Origin: a virus
Taxonomy: Duplodnaviria > Caudoviricetes
DNA: 64,000 bases
Reading direction: 5' to 3' (one strand)
IMG/VR virus record: IMGVR_UViG_2832349384_000006
Location: 14,238-78,237 of that record
A program made the translations under genes and the position numbers. The notes beneath the pieces were generated by a model. It had not been told where the DNA came from, did not search any database, and was given only the letters and a program-made list of their open reading frames with translations. The number at the start of each line of letters is the position of its first letter. Within the stretch, counting starts at the first letter, position 1. Shown piece after piece: positions 1 through 9,556 of this stretch.

Positions 1-47
1 CTTAACGGGCCTGAACACCCCGTGCCTGCTGCGCCACAGGAGAGAAC

Positions 48-644
48 ATGGCGCAGTTACAACTCATCAAGCAATCACCAGGAATACTGATCCCGGCCAC
101 GCCGGAGACCAGCGAATTTCTGCAATCGAAATGCAAGCTCGGCGCCGTGCTGGTGGCCGATTTCAAACAGGTGCGCAACCCGGCGTTTCACCGTCGTTTT
201 TTCGCGCTTCTCAATCTGGGCTTCGAATACTGGGAGCCTACCGGCGGCGCCATATCGACTAACGAGCGCAAGCTGGTTACCGGTTATGCCAGATTCTTGG
301 CCACGTTCGGCGGCAATGAGCCGGCGCTTCTGAATGCGGTTGAGCAGTATCTCGAGCGCATCGCTGATCGGCGCGCTGGCAGCATCAGCGCTTGCAAATC
401 CTTTGACGCCTATCGCGCGTGGGTGACGGTCGAGGCCGGCCACTATGACGCGATCCAACTCCCCGACGGCACTCTCCGCAAACACCCCCGCAGCATCGCT
501 TTCGCCAACATGGACGAAACAGAGTTCCATCAGCTGTATCAGGCCGCACTCGATGTTTTATGGCGCTGGATCCTGCACAAGCCGTTTCGCTCCCATGAGG
601 AGGCCGAAAACGCCGCGGCGCAGCTGATGAATTTTGCGGGGTGA
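48..644 (+). CDS. DUF1367-family lambdoid nin-region protein
   Basis: RBS GGAG upstream; motifs NPAFHRRFFALL and PRSIAFANMDETEF typical of this family; position before Q. Confidence 0.8.
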   Translation: MAQLQLIKQSPGILIPATPETSEFLQSKCKLGAVLVADFKQVRNPAFHRRFFALLNLGFEYWEPTGGAISTNERKLVTGYARFLATFGGNEPALLNAVEQYLERIADRRAGSISACKSFDAYRAWVTVEAGHYDAIQLPDGTLRKHPRSIAFANMDETEFHQLYQAALDVLWRWILHKPFRSHEEAENAAAQLMNFAG

Positions 645-930
645 GACGATGAAAATTTACCGCAGCAAAAAATGGTTGGCGGCCGTCGGGCAAATCGAAC
701 AATGCGTGTTGTGTGGAAACTGGGGAACCCAGGTCGCGCACCGGAACGAGGGGAAGGGCATGGGGCTGAAAACTGACGACTGCGCCACCGCGGCGCTCTG
801 CGTTTGTTGCCACACCGCGATCGATAACGGCAAAGATCTCTCGCGCGAAGAGCGGCGTCAGATGATGGACCGCGCGATCGTTTTGACGATTATTCAAATC
901 GCCCGCCGCGGGCTGGTGGTGCCGCAATGA
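634..930 (+). CDS. Small Cys/His-rich nin-region protein (DUF1364/HNH-like); start may be ATG 649
   Basis: CxxC...AH...CxxCH pattern (CVLCG, VAHRN, LCVCCH). Confidence 0.7.
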   Translation: MRGETMKIYRSKKWLAAVGQIEQCVLCGNWGTQVAHRNEGKGMGLKTDDCATAALCVCCHTAIDNGKDLSREERRQMMDRAIVLTIIQIARRGLVVPQ

Positions 931-1619
931 TGAACGCACAGCAATTGGAATATATACGGCTGGAGTTAACCAATGCGCTGCATGATGACTCTGGCAGCAC
1001 TAAGGGACAACTCCAGGCATTTATCGAGCACCCGCCGGCTGATAAAAATCACTATCCGCGCCAGCGTATCCACAAGGTCGAACTGGAGGGTGAGCGCTGG
1101 GCCGATGCGGAAAATTCCGCCGTTTATGCGCTCGAAACACGCAGCCGCAGGCAACCAATGCCACCGATCAACGATCATGTCTTTTCGTCGTGCGCGTGGC
1201 GCCGCGCCGTCATGACGCTTGGCGAACATCAAATTGCATGGCTGCGCTACTGCTACGGCTTCGATCTGCAGTTCAAATACCAGACCGAAATTTGCCAGCA
1301 CGTGTGGGAGAGCTACCAGGCGTACAAAGTCGGCAAGCGCCTCCAGTCAAAAATTATTAAGCGCCTGGTGTCGTTAGTCTGGCTGGCCGTGCAGGAAACG
1401 GCGGCAAAAAACAAAAATGAGACGTACAAGGAATACGCCGGCAGCGCACTGGCCAACTTGATGAGCGTCGACCGTTCAACCTGGTCACGGGTATATGCGC
1501 CGCACTGGGCGCGCCTGAAAGAGGTCGCGGAGAAAATGGACGTAGAAGCCCTGCAGCTAGTGTCGTCAAGTCGCGAAGAGATTATTTATCGGTTGGAATT
1601 GCAAAATGCAACAAAATAG
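927..1619 (+). CDS. Late antitermination protein Q
   Basis: WRRAV...WLRYCYG motif of lambdoid Q proteins; followed directly by a pR'-like promoter and terminator. Confidence 0.85.
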   Translation: MMNAQQLEYIRLELTNALHDDSGSTKGQLQAFIEHPPADKNHYPRQRIHKVELEGERWADAENSAVYALETRSRRQPMPPINDHVFSSCAWRRAVMTLGEHQIAWLRYCYGFDLQFKYQTEICQHVWESYQAYKVGKRLQSKIIKRLVSLVWLAVQETAAKNKNETYKEYAGSALANLMSVDRSTWSRVYAPHWARLKEVAEKMDVEALQLVSSSREEIIYRLELQNATK

Positions 1620-1627
1620 GGCATATT
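1599..1627 (+). promoter_or_regulatory. Late promoter pR'
   Basis: TTGCAA (1599-1604), 17-bp spacer, CATATT (1622-1627) overlapping the end of Q. Confidence 0.75.
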
Positions 1628-1661
1628 CGACGCTAATTTGATAAATTGCCGAAATTGTGTT

Positions 1662-1686
1662 AACCCGCCCGCGCGCGGGTTTTTTA
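1662..1686 (+). terminator. tR' intrinsic terminator
   Basis: AACCCGC-6nt-GCGGGTT stem followed by a T run, ~35 nt after pR'. Confidence 0.85.
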
Positions 1687-1736
1687 TTTCCCGCTCCAGA
1701 TGGGCGCCCCGGAAAGTTGCCGCTCTCCGGGGCTGT

Positions 1737-2510
1737 ATGCCCGCGTCAACAGTCACGAGCACACCCGCCTATTGGAGTGCCGAGACCTTGAAAAATCACG
1801 TTAATGCAGTTGTATCACGCGCCAGCGGAAAGCCGGCGCCGATCGTCTACGCTGGCGAAACCGTCGGTTTTGGATGTGACGATCTCCACGTAGCAACGAT
1901 CCCGGTTTGGCTTGCCCGCCTGGTGATCAGCCATTTTCACTACAGCAAGCGCGTAGTGAACAACTCCTATTTGCATCTGGGTATTTTTGACGGCCGCGAG
2001 CTGGTGGGCGTCATGCAGTGGGGCTACGCGATGAACCCGAGCAGCGGGGCGCGCGTCGTGACCGGCACCGGCAACCGCGAATACATGGAGTTAAACCGGC
2101 TCTGGGTGCATGATCGGATGCCGCGCAATACTGAATCACGCGCAATCAGCTATGCGCTGAAAACCATCAAGTTGCTCTATCCCGCTGTGGATTGGGTGCA
2201 GACGTTCGCCGACGAACGCTGTGGCCGGTTCGGCGTCGTGTATCAGGCGAGCAATTTCGATTACGTCGGCAGCCATCAAACGACGTTCTACGAGCTCGAC
2301 GGCGAGTGGTATCACAAGATCGCCATGACGACGAAAGGGCGCAAGGCTGGCGCCCGTGGTAATTTCCTGCAGGCGAACGCACACCGCGCCACCGCCCACA
2401 CATTTAATCAGTTCAGGTATATCCGCTTTCTAAATAAGCGGGCGCGCAGGCGGCTAAACACGAAGCTGTTCAGCCCGAAGCCATACCCGAAACCTGAGAA
2501 TTCACCCTAG
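1737..2510 (+). CDS. mom: Mu Mom-like adenine-modification protein (GNAT fold)
   Basis: Starts MPAS like Mu Mom; [41 protein letters not shown] and [18 protein letters not shown] closely match Mu Mom as recalled. Confidence 0.92.
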   Translation: MPASTVTSTPAYWSAETLKNHVNAVVSRASGKPAPIVYAGETVGFGCDDLHVATIPVWLARLVISHFHYSKRVVNNSYLHLGIFDGRELVGVMQWGYAMNPSSGARVVTGTGNREYMELNRLWVHDRMPRNTESRAISYALKTIKLLYPAVDWVQTFADERCGRFGVVYQASNFDYVGSHQTTFYELDGEWYHKIAMTTKGRKAGARGNFLQANAHRATAHTFNQFRYIRFLNKRARRRLNTKLFSPKPYPKPENSP

Positions 2511-2536
2511 CCCGGCAGCCGCCGGGTTTTCTTTTT
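2511..2536 (+). terminator. Intrinsic terminator after mom
   Basis: CCCGGC-AGCC-GCCGGG stem plus TTTTCTTTTT. Confidence 0.7.
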
Positions 2537-2576
2537 CATCACCCGACGATCGGGCCAGCCCCGACAGGGGGAGGAC

Positions 2577-2912
2577 ATGAAAATGCCTGATAAAAACCCC
2601 GACTTGTGGGCGCAACTGATTGCATGGCTTGCCGCTCACAAGGAGGGCGGCGGCTATGCGGCCACGGCTGCGCTTATGGCGTTACTGCGCAGCGCATACG
2701 TTGGCCAGCAAGGATGGACGCGGCGACTAATTGACGCCGCCATGTGCGCGATGGTCGCGTATTTCATCAAAGATTGCCTGGCTGCGATCGGCTGGGATTC
2801 CACATATGCCTATCTCGGCAGCATGTTTATCGGCTATGCCGGCGTCGACTATTTCGGAAATATGCTGCGCCGCATCGCCAGCAGCCGCACAGGCTCCCCA
2901 CGACAGGAATAA
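2577..2912 (+). CDS. Lambda S-family holin with dual start (Met-Lys-Met)
   Basis: MKMP start as in lambda S107/S105; IDAAMCA and FIGYAGVD motifs; sdi-like hairpin CCCC-GACA-GGGG (2559-2570) overlapping the RBS. Confidence 0.9.
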   Translation: MKMPDKNPDLWAQLIAWLAAHKEGGGYAATAALMALLRSAYVGQQGWTRRLIDAAMCAMVAYFIKDCLAAIGWDSTYAYLGSMFIGYAGVDYFGNMLRRIASSRTGSPRQE

Positions 2913-2915
2913 TTC

Positions 2916-3539
2916 ATGACTCAGGATCAATTCAAAGAGGCGGCCGGTATTGGCGCCGGACTGGCCGCGCGCTGGTTTCCACATCTGGAGGCGACGTTCG
3001 CCGAGTTTGGCATCACCTCGCCGGTGGCGCAGGCAATGTTCATTGCTCAGGTAGGGCATGAGTCGGCCGGTTTCACCGCGGTCGCGGAATCGTTCAACTA
3101 CAGCGTGGCCGGCTTGCAATCGACCTTTGGCAAGCGGCTAACTGCGGAGCAATGCAAAATGCTTGGGCGCCAGCGCGGCGAATCGGTGGTGCCGGGGAAC
3201 CGCCAGGCGGCGATCGCGAATCTCGTCTACGGCGGCCGCCTGGGTAACAAATCTACCGGGGATGGTTGGAAATACCGCGGGCGCGGCCTGATCCAGATCA
3301 CCGGCGCCGACAATTATCGCGCCTGCAGCGCCGGCATCAAAACCGATTTGCTGTTGGTGCCTGACCTGCTGGAAAAAGACGAGTACGCGATGCGCTCCGC
3401 TGGCTGGTTCTGGAAATCGCGGAATTGTGGCCAGTACGCCGGCGACGTCGAACGGGTGACGCTGCTGATCAACGGCGGCAATAACGGGCTGGCAGACCGC
3501 AAAGAACGATTTGAGCGTGCGCGCCAGGCACTGGCATGA
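2916..3539 (+). CDS. Glycoside hydrolase family 19 endolysin
   Basis: AMFIAQVGHES, GDGWKYRGRGLIQITG and INGGNNGLADR motifs; lies after the holin. Confidence 0.92.
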   Translation: MTQDQFKEAAGIGAGLAARWFPHLEATFAEFGITSPVAQAMFIAQVGHESAGFTAVAESFNYSVAGLQSTFGKRLTAEQCKMLGRQRGESVVPGNRQAAIANLVYGGRLGNKSTGDGWKYRGRGLIQITGADNYRACSAGIKTDLLLVPDLLEKDEYAMRSAGWFWKSRNCGQYAGDVERVTLLINGGNNGLADRKERFERARQALA

Positions 3540-3922
3540 GCGGCTGGCTCTCAAAACTGGCCGGCGGGGGAATGTTGCTCCTGCTGGTGGCGTCAATTTG
3601 CCTCGGTGGTTACAGCTCGCTGCTGTCGCACCGGTTGGAGCTGGCACGCCAGCAGGTTGCAGAGCAGAAAAAGACGCTGGCGCAGCAGGCAGGACTGATC
3701 ACCACACTGCGCGCGGATGACGCCCGTAATCGCGCAATGATGGCTGAACAGCAACGGAGAGAGCAGCAGCTACGCCAGCAGGGCGAAAACTACCAGAGGA
3801 AATATCAGGATGCCATTAAAAATGACGAGTGCGCCCGCCGCACTGCTCCTGGTGCTGTTCTTGACCTCCTGCGCGGAACGGACACCACCGCCGCCGGCGC
3901 CGCTCGTGCTGTTTCCCCCTGA
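3536..3922 (+). CDS. i-spanin (Rz-like)
   Basis: N-terminal TM helix plus coiled coil; follows the endolysin. Confidence 0.85.
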   Translation: MSGWLSKLAGGGMLLLLVASICLGGYSSLLSHRLELARQQVAEQKKTLAQQAGLITTLRADDARNRAMMAEQQRREQQLRQQGENYQRKYQDAIKNDECARRTAPGAVLDLLRGTDTTAAGAARAVSP

Positions 3923-4079
3923 ATCGGTGTTCACCCCCTGCGAGCAACCAAAACTGCAGGGTGAAACATGGGGTGACATTGGCAGCCACGCGCTGGCGCT
4001 TCAAACAGCGTTATCAATCTGCGCCGGCCAGGTGGCCACGCTTAATCAATGGCGGAAAAGTATCAGAAAAGACCCATAG
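3810..4079 (+). CDS. o-spanin lipoprotein (Rz1-like)
   Basis: Overlaps Rz in another frame; lipobox LTSC; proline-rich mature N-terminus. Confidence 0.85.
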   Translation: MPLKMTSAPAALLLVLFLTSCAERTPPPPAPLVLFPPESVFTPCEQPKLQGETWGDIGSHALALQTALSICAGQVATLNQWRKSIRKDP

Positions 4080-4197
4080 CATTACAGGTGGCCTTTGCGA
4101 GGGCCATCGATAATGCAAAATAACCAAAGTCGTCTACCTGCACCCACCGCGCACCCAGCGCACCGGCAGGCTGATGGCTTTTTTTATGGAGAATGCT

Positions 4198-5001
4198 ATG
4201 TCACAACCGGAAGAAAGCGGCCTCGAGCGCGATTACTGTGCCGGTCAACTTTCTCTCCGCGACCTGGCAGAGATATACGGCATCAGTGAGGGGGCAATCA
4301 GGAAGCGCGCCAAAAAGCACGGCTGGGTACGCAAGGGAAAGAGCGGTACGCAAAAAGGTACGCAGGTACGCAAAAGCGGTACGCAAAAAACCAAAGTGCG
4401 TACCGGAGGACGTAGCGCCAAATCTGGAAGCATCCAGGAAAGCGACGAAGCCCATGAGCCAAAAACGAAACCGATTCGTGGCAAACGCACAGACCCGCCT
4501 GTTAACCCCTTCGGTGCAAACAACCGAGCCGCTCTGAAACATGGTGGCTATGCCCGGCGGATGCTCCTTCCTGACGATGTGATTGAAGATGCCGAAGCGA
4601 TGGGGCTGGAGGATGAACTGCGCCGGGTGCAGGCGTCCAACCTGATTGCAGCGGCGAATATTGGCCGATGGGGTGAAGCGCTCCGCGATGAAGAAAGCGA
4701 AGAGCGAAAAAAAATCCTCCGCGAAAACATCCGCGGCGCTGAACAGGCAATGGATCGCAACACGGCGCGCATCGAGTCGATTTTGCGTACCTTCAGCCAG
4801 CTGGCCGTTAGCGAGGCGATGCTGCCAAAAATTGAAGCAGATACCGATTTTCGCCGCGCGGCAACGGACAAGACTCGCCTGGAGTGCGAAAAGCTGGGTA
4901 AAGAACTGGCCGACGATGACGACAACGACACGCCGAAGCCGGTGGCTATCAACATCAACGTGGTAGACGCCAGGAGGGATGATGATAGCGCCGACGCTTA
5001 A
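4198..5001 (+). CDS. Terminase small subunit
   Basis: RBS GGAG before ATG 4198; N-terminal HTH (LSLRDLAEIYGISEGAIRKRAKKHGW); NRAALKHGGY motif; precedes terL. Confidence 0.88.
   Translation: MSQPEESGLERDYCAGQLSLRDLAEIYGISEGAIRKRAKKHGWVRKGKSGTQKGTQVRKSGTQKTKVRTGGRSAKSGSIQESDEAHEPKTKPIRGKRTDPPVNPFGANNRAALKHGGYARRMLLPDDVIEDAEAMGLEDELRRVQASNLIAAANIGRWGEALRDEESEERKKILRENIRGAEQAMDRNTARIESILRTFSQLAVSEAMLPKIEADTDFRRAATDKTRLECEKLGKELADDDDNDTPKPVAININVVDARRDDDSADA
4326..4404 (+). repeat. GGTACGCA octamer cluster inside terS (candidate pac region)
   Basis: Direct copies at 4326, 4345, 4357, 4365 and 4378; one inverted copy TGCGTACC at 4397-4404. Confidence 0.75.
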
Positions 5002-6289
5002 TATTCCTCAGGCTCGTTTTCTGGCGATGCAGCACAAGTTCAAAGCCTACGTGGCCGGGTTCGGTTCTGGCAAAACGTGGGTAGGGTGCGGCGGTATCTG
5101 CAAGGGCATGTGGGAGTTTCCCCGCATTAACCAGGGCTACTTTGCGCCGACTTATCCGCAGATCCGCGATATTTTTTACCCGACGGTCGAGGAAGTGGCG
5201 CACGACTGGGGGATGCGCGTCCAGATCAACGAGAGCAACAAAGAGGTGCATTTCTACGCCGGCCGGCAGTACCGCGGAACGACGATCTGCCGCTCGATGG
5301 AAAAGCCGGAAACTATCGTCGGTTTTAAAATCGGTAACGCGCTGATCGACGAGCTCGACGTGATGAAAAAGGAGAAGGCACAAAAGGCCTGGCGAAAAAT
5401 CATCGCGCGTATGCGTTACAAGGTGGACGGGCTACGCAATGGGATCGACGTCACCACGACGCCGGAAGGGTTCAAATTCGTTTGGCTCCAGTTTGTCAAA
5501 GAGGTACGCGACAAACCAGAGCTGGCGACGCTGTACGGCCTTGTGCAGGCGTCGACGTTCGACAACGAAAAGAACCTGCCGCCGGACTACATTCCCTCAC
5601 TGATGGGGAGCTATCCGCCGGAGCTGATAAAAGCCTACCTGCGCGGCCAGTTTACCAACCTGACGAGCGGCACCATTTACCACCAGTTCGATCGCCGTTT
5701 GAACAACTGCGACGAGGTGGAACAGCCCGGCGAGCCGCTTTACATCGGGATGGATTTCAACGTCGGCAAAATGGCGGGTATCGTTCACGTTCTGCGCCTT
5801 GGGCTGCCGTGCGCGGTTAACGAAATCATCAACGCGTACGACACCCCCGACATGATCCGCATCATCAAGGAGCGTTTCTGGCTCTACGACGGCGCCGATT
5901 ATCGTAAGGTGCGAGAAATTTACATCTACCCGGATGCGTCCGGCGATTCCCGCAAGTCGAACAACGCCAGCAAAACGGATATTGCCCAGCTGCAGGATGC
6001 CGGTTTTAACGTGATAGTCGATAACGCCAACCCGCCGGTGAAAGACCGCATCAACGCGATGAATGCCATGTTCTGTAATGCCAACGGCGAACGGCGCTAC
6101 AAGGTCAACGTGGCACGTTGCCCGGTTTATACCGAATGCCTTGAGCAGCAGGTATGGGATGAAAAAACCGGTGAACCGGATAAAAAATCCGACAATGACC
6201 ACCCCAACGACGGCGCCGGCTACTACATCCACAAAACCTTCCCGATCATCAAGCCGGTGACCAACCTCAACATAGGATTCGCATACTGA
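4979..6289 (+). CDS. Terminase large subunit (PBSX/headful-type)
   Basis: Walker A AGFGSGKT, Walker B LIDE, nuclease motifs GMDFN, YPDASG and DHPNDGAGY. Confidence 0.95.
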   Translation: MMIAPTLNIPQARFLAMQHKFKAYVAGFGSGKTWVGCGGICKGMWEFPRINQGYFAPTYPQIRDIFYPTVEEVAHDWGMRVQINESNKEVHFYAGRQYRGTTICRSMEKPETIVGFKIGNALIDELDVMKKEKAQKAWRKIIARMRYKVDGLRNGIDVTTTPEGFKFVWLQFVKEVRDKPELATLYGLVQASTFDNEKNLPPDYIPSLMGSYPPELIKAYLRGQFTNLTSGTIYHQFDRRLNNCDEVEQPGEPLYIGMDFNVGKMAGIVHVLRLGLPCAVNEIINAYDTPDMIRIIKERFWLYDGADYRKVREIYIYPDASGDSRKSNNASKTDIAQLQDAGFNVIVDNANPPVKDRINAMNAMFCNANGERRYKVNVARCPVYTECLEQQVWDEKTGEPDKKSDNDHPNDGAGYYIHKTFPIIKPVTNLNIGFAY

Positions 6290-7707
6290 TGTCCACGCAA
6301 AACATCGATTATCGCCACCCGGCATACCGCGAGTTTCTGCCCGAGTGGGAGCTCGTCGGTGACTGCGTTGATGGTGAGCGAAAAATTAAAAAGCGCGGCA
6401 AAAAATACCTGCCGCACCCCAGCAGCGACAGCGTCAACGACGACCCACAGGATATTCGCTACAAGGCGTATAAGCAGCGGGCGCCATTTATCAATGCGAC
6501 CGGGCGGACGCTCTCCGGCCTGCTGGGTATCGCCTTCAACAAGCCGGTAAAAATCACGCTTACTGGCCGCGTTGCGGAACTGGAGGCGGACGCCGACGGC
6601 GAGGGGCAACCACTCACGCAACTGATCCGCGATAGCGTCAGCCAGAATCTGCAGCGTGGGCGCGCCGGTATCCTGACGGACTACACCGCCTCAGGTAGCC
6701 AGACGCTGGCGCGGCTTGGCCGTCCAATCCTGCGCCTGTTCACCGCCAAAGAAATCATTAACTGGCGCGTGACCGCCGGTAAGACGTCGCTGGTGGTGGT
6801 TCACTACGTCGAACCCGTGGATGACCCGCAGAATTTCGAGCTGTTGCTGCAAAAGGTGTGGATCGAGCTGCGCCTGGTTAATGGACTGGCGTACGCCCGC
6901 CGTTGGCAGCAGAGCGCCGCCGGCATGATGGAGGGAAAGCTGGTCGAGCTGAAAGACAGCGCCGGCAAGCAGCTTACGGAGTTGCCGTGGTCATGGATTG
7001 GCTCGAGCAACAACGATCACACCCCTGATGCGCCGCCGCTGGCTGATATCGCCAACGTGAACGTTAAGCACTACCAGGCGGAAGCGGATATCGCCGAAAT
7101 ATCGCACCTCACCGGACAGCCAACAATTGCAGTAGGCGGCCTGGATCAGCAATGGGCCGATAAATATCTATCGAGTGGCGTCAAAGTCGGTTCAACGAAG
7201 GGCATTTTACTGCCAAAAGACGGCGTGATCAGCATCGTGCAGGCCGAAGACCGCAATTTGCCGCTGACGGTGGCCGAACGCCGCGAAAAGCAGATGGCCA
7301 TGCTGGGTGCGAAGCTGGTGGAGCGCAACACCTCCGCCCGCACCGCAACGCAGGCCACGGACGAGGCCCAGACCGATAACAGCATCCTGTCCCTGTGCGT
7401 CGGCAACGTGGAGCAGGCCATCAACCGGGCGCTGACGTTCGCGGTGATGTTTGCCGGCAGTGGTGAGGCTACGATCGAGCTGAACAAACGCTATGAAATC
7501 TCCGCGCTGGATTCCGCGGCGCTGGCGGTACTGATGCAGATGGTGCAGTCCGGCCAGATGCTGCTGGTCGACTTTATCCGCTACCAGCAGAGCATCGGCC
7601 TGATTGACCAGAGCATGACGCCGGAGGAGGTGGAGGATTTGCTGCGCAACCAGGCGCCGGACCTGACAGGAGGCGGACGTGAGGACGATAAACAGCCGCC
7701 TGCTTGA
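6289..7707 (+). CDS. Portal protein (DUF4055-like)
   Basis: Follows terL; 472 aa; YLP...Y..Y..RA.F.N.T.RT pattern. Confidence 0.85.
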   Translation: MSTQNIDYRHPAYREFLPEWELVGDCVDGERKIKKRGKKYLPHPSSDSVNDDPQDIRYKAYKQRAPFINATGRTLSGLLGIAFNKPVKITLTGRVAELEADADGEGQPLTQLIRDSVSQNLQRGRAGILTDYTASGSQTLARLGRPILRLFTAKEIINWRVTAGKTSLVVVHYVEPVDDPQNFELLLQKVWIELRLVNGLAYARRWQQSAAGMMEGKLVELKDSAGKQLTELPWSWIGSSNNDHTPDAPPLADIANVNVKHYQAEADIAEISHLTGQPTIAVGGLDQQWADKYLSSGVKVGSTKGILLPKDGVISIVQAEDRNLPLTVAERREKQMAMLGAKLVERNTSARTATQATDEAQTDNSILSLCVGNVEQAINRALTFAVMFAGSGEATIELNKRYEISALDSAALAVLMQMVQSGQMLLVDFIRYQQSIGLIDQSMTPEEVEDLLRNQAPDLTGGGREDDKQPPA

Positions 7708-8791
7708 TGAGACGCTCGCGCACGCGCTGTTTGTCTCTCGCTATTCGACCGGCGTCGCCCGGCGAATGGTGAAAATTCTCGACCAGGCGGACGCCGAGCT
7801 TTCTTCAAAATTGCTGATGGCGCTGGATGACCTGGACCCGCAGAGCTTCACTGTTCGCCGCCTTGATTCACTGCTGGCCGGCGTGCGGGATATCAACAGG
7901 CAGGTTTACCAGCGGCTTTACGGGGCGCTTAGCGACGAGCTGGGCGATTTTATCGGGTACGAGGGCGGTTTTCAGTTCAGCCTGTTTGATTCTCTGCTGC
8001 CCGACCTGGTGAAACAGCGTTACCCGCTTATCAGCCTGACACCGCAGCAGGTTTACGCCGCAGCGCTGGCGCGGCCGTTTCAGGGGCGCTTGCTGAGCGA
8101 ATGGGCCGACAAGCTGGAAAGCGACCGACTACAGCGCATCAGCAACGCCGTGAGCCAGGGTTATCTGCAGGGGGAAACGACAGACCAGATTTATCGGCGG
8201 ATCCGCGGCACCCGCGCACGAAATTATCAGGACGGTGTTTTGCAAACCGGCCGGGCCAATGCAACCAGCGTGATAAAAACCGCCGTCAGCCATATGGCGG
8301 CTGTATCGCGCACGGAATTCGCCCAGGCCAACGCCGACGTTATCGACTGCAAGCAATGGTTGGCAACCCTCGATAACAAGACGACGCCGACCTGCATCGT
8401 GCGCGATCGCCTGCGCTACACGCTGGACAACAAACCCATCGGCCACAGGGTGCCCTATGGCGCCGGTCCGGGGCGGATCCATTTCTGCTGCCGGTCGGTG
8501 GAAACACTGGTGGTGAAATCGTGGCGTGCACTGGGTATCGATGCCGACGAAATGCCGGCGGGCACGCGCGCCAGTATGGATGGTCAGGTCCCGGCGGAAA
8601 CCAATTATCGGGACTGGCTGCAACGACAGCCCTACCGGCGCCAGGTAGAGGTATTGGGCGAAACCCGTGCCCGCCTGATGCGCGACGGCGGTATGCGGCC
8701 GGCGGAATTCTTCTCCGACAAAGGGGAGTGGCTCAGCCTGCAGCAGCTGCGAGAAATTGACGAACGGGCGTTTTCGGACGCCGGACTATAG
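7679..8791 (+). CDS. Head morphogenesis/minor capsid protein (SPP1 gp7-like)
   Basis: WLATLDNKTTPTC...HFCCRS motif; follows the portal. Confidence 0.88.
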   Translation: MRTINSRLLDETLAHALFVSRYSTGVARRMVKILDQADAELSSKLLMALDDLDPQSFTVRRLDSLLAGVRDINRQVYQRLYGALSDELGDFIGYEGGFQFSLFDSLLPDLVKQRYPLISLTPQQVYAAALARPFQGRLLSEWADKLESDRLQRISNAVSQGYLQGETTDQIYRRIRGTRARNYQDGVLQTGRANATSVIKTAVSHMAAVSRTEFAQANADVIDCKQWLATLDNKTTPTCIVRDRLRYTLDNKPIGHRVPYGAGPGRIHFCCRSVETLVVKSWRALGIDADEMPAGTRASMDGQVPAETNYRDWLQRQPYRRQVEVLGETRARLMRDGGMRPAEFFSDKGEWLSLQQLREIDERAFSDAGL

Positions 8792-8854
8792 CGACCGCCA
8801 CTCGGCGGTTTTTTTATGCTCGCGGCCTGGGGCCGCAACATCACAACGGGGTTG

Positions 8855-9553
8855 ATGATGAAATTCAAAATCACGAAAGACGAGTACAACGCGCTGAATG
8901 ACGTGCAAAAGGCGCTCTATAAAGAGTCCGGCGACGGCTACCAGGTTCAGATCGAAGGCATGCCCGACACGTCAGAACTCGACGGCCTGAAAAAGAAGGT
9001 CGACGAGCTGATGACCGAAAAGAAAACGGAGCAGGCAGCGCGGCGTAAGGCCGAGGAAGACGCCAAAAAAGCGGCGGAAGAGCAGGCCAAGAAAAACGGC
9101 GACGTTGAGGCGCTGGAAAAATCCTGGGCGCAAAAACTGGCCGACGCCGAAGCGAAGTCGAAAGCGGAAATCGCGTCGCTGAATACCAGTCTGCATGGCC
9201 TGCTGGTGGACAACGTGGCGCAGAAACTGGCGACTGAACTGGCGGGCGACGCCGCGCCGGTGATGCTGCCACACATCAAATCACGCCTGGCCATTGAAGA
9301 AAAAGACGGTCAGCACGTGACGCGCATCCTTGACGGTGCCGGCAAGCCAAGCGCGGCCAGCATCGATGAACTGAAAAAAGAATTCGTCGGTAACCCGGCC
9401 TTCAAGGGCGTGATTATCGGCAGCAAAGCCAGCGGAACCGGGGGTAACGGTGGCGGCAACCCTGGCGCCGGGGGCGGCGGGAATGGAAATGGCGACAACC
9501 CAGATTCACTGGTGAGCCGTGCACGACAAATTATCGAAAACAATCAGGAGTAA
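8855..9553 (+). CDS. Capsid scaffold protein
   Basis: Coiled-coil E/K/A-rich core with a Gly-rich tail; precedes the major capsid gene. Confidence 0.75.
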   Translation: MMKFKITKDEYNALNDVQKALYKESGDGYQVQIEGMPDTSELDGLKKKVDELMTEKKTEQAARRKAEEDAKKAAEEQAKKNGDVEALEKSWAQKLADAEAKSKAEIASLNTSLHGLLVDNVAQKLATELAGDAAPVMLPHIKSRLAIEEKDGQHVTRILDGAGKPSAASIDELKKEFVGNPAFKGVIIGSKASGTGGNGGGNPGAGGGGNGNGDNPDSLVSRARQIIENNQE

Positions 9554-9556
9554 CGC

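Noticed and set aside
1638-1736. N-terminal extension of the mom ORF from TTG 1638
   Set aside because: It runs through the tR' terminator, has no RBS, and homology to Mom begins at MPAS (1737); it is not a com gene (no separate zinc-finger ORF)
4326-4404. Octamer repeats as a mini-CRISPR or iteron array
   Set aside because: Repeats are 8 bp with 0-11 bp gaps inside a coding gene; no cas genes or spacers
5597-6325. Long minus-strand ORFs opposite terL, portal, tail and capsid genes (for example 5597-6325, 11604-12206, 18165-18833, 47537-48187)
   Set aside because: Antisense shadows of GC-rich conserved genes; no RBS or recognisable motifs
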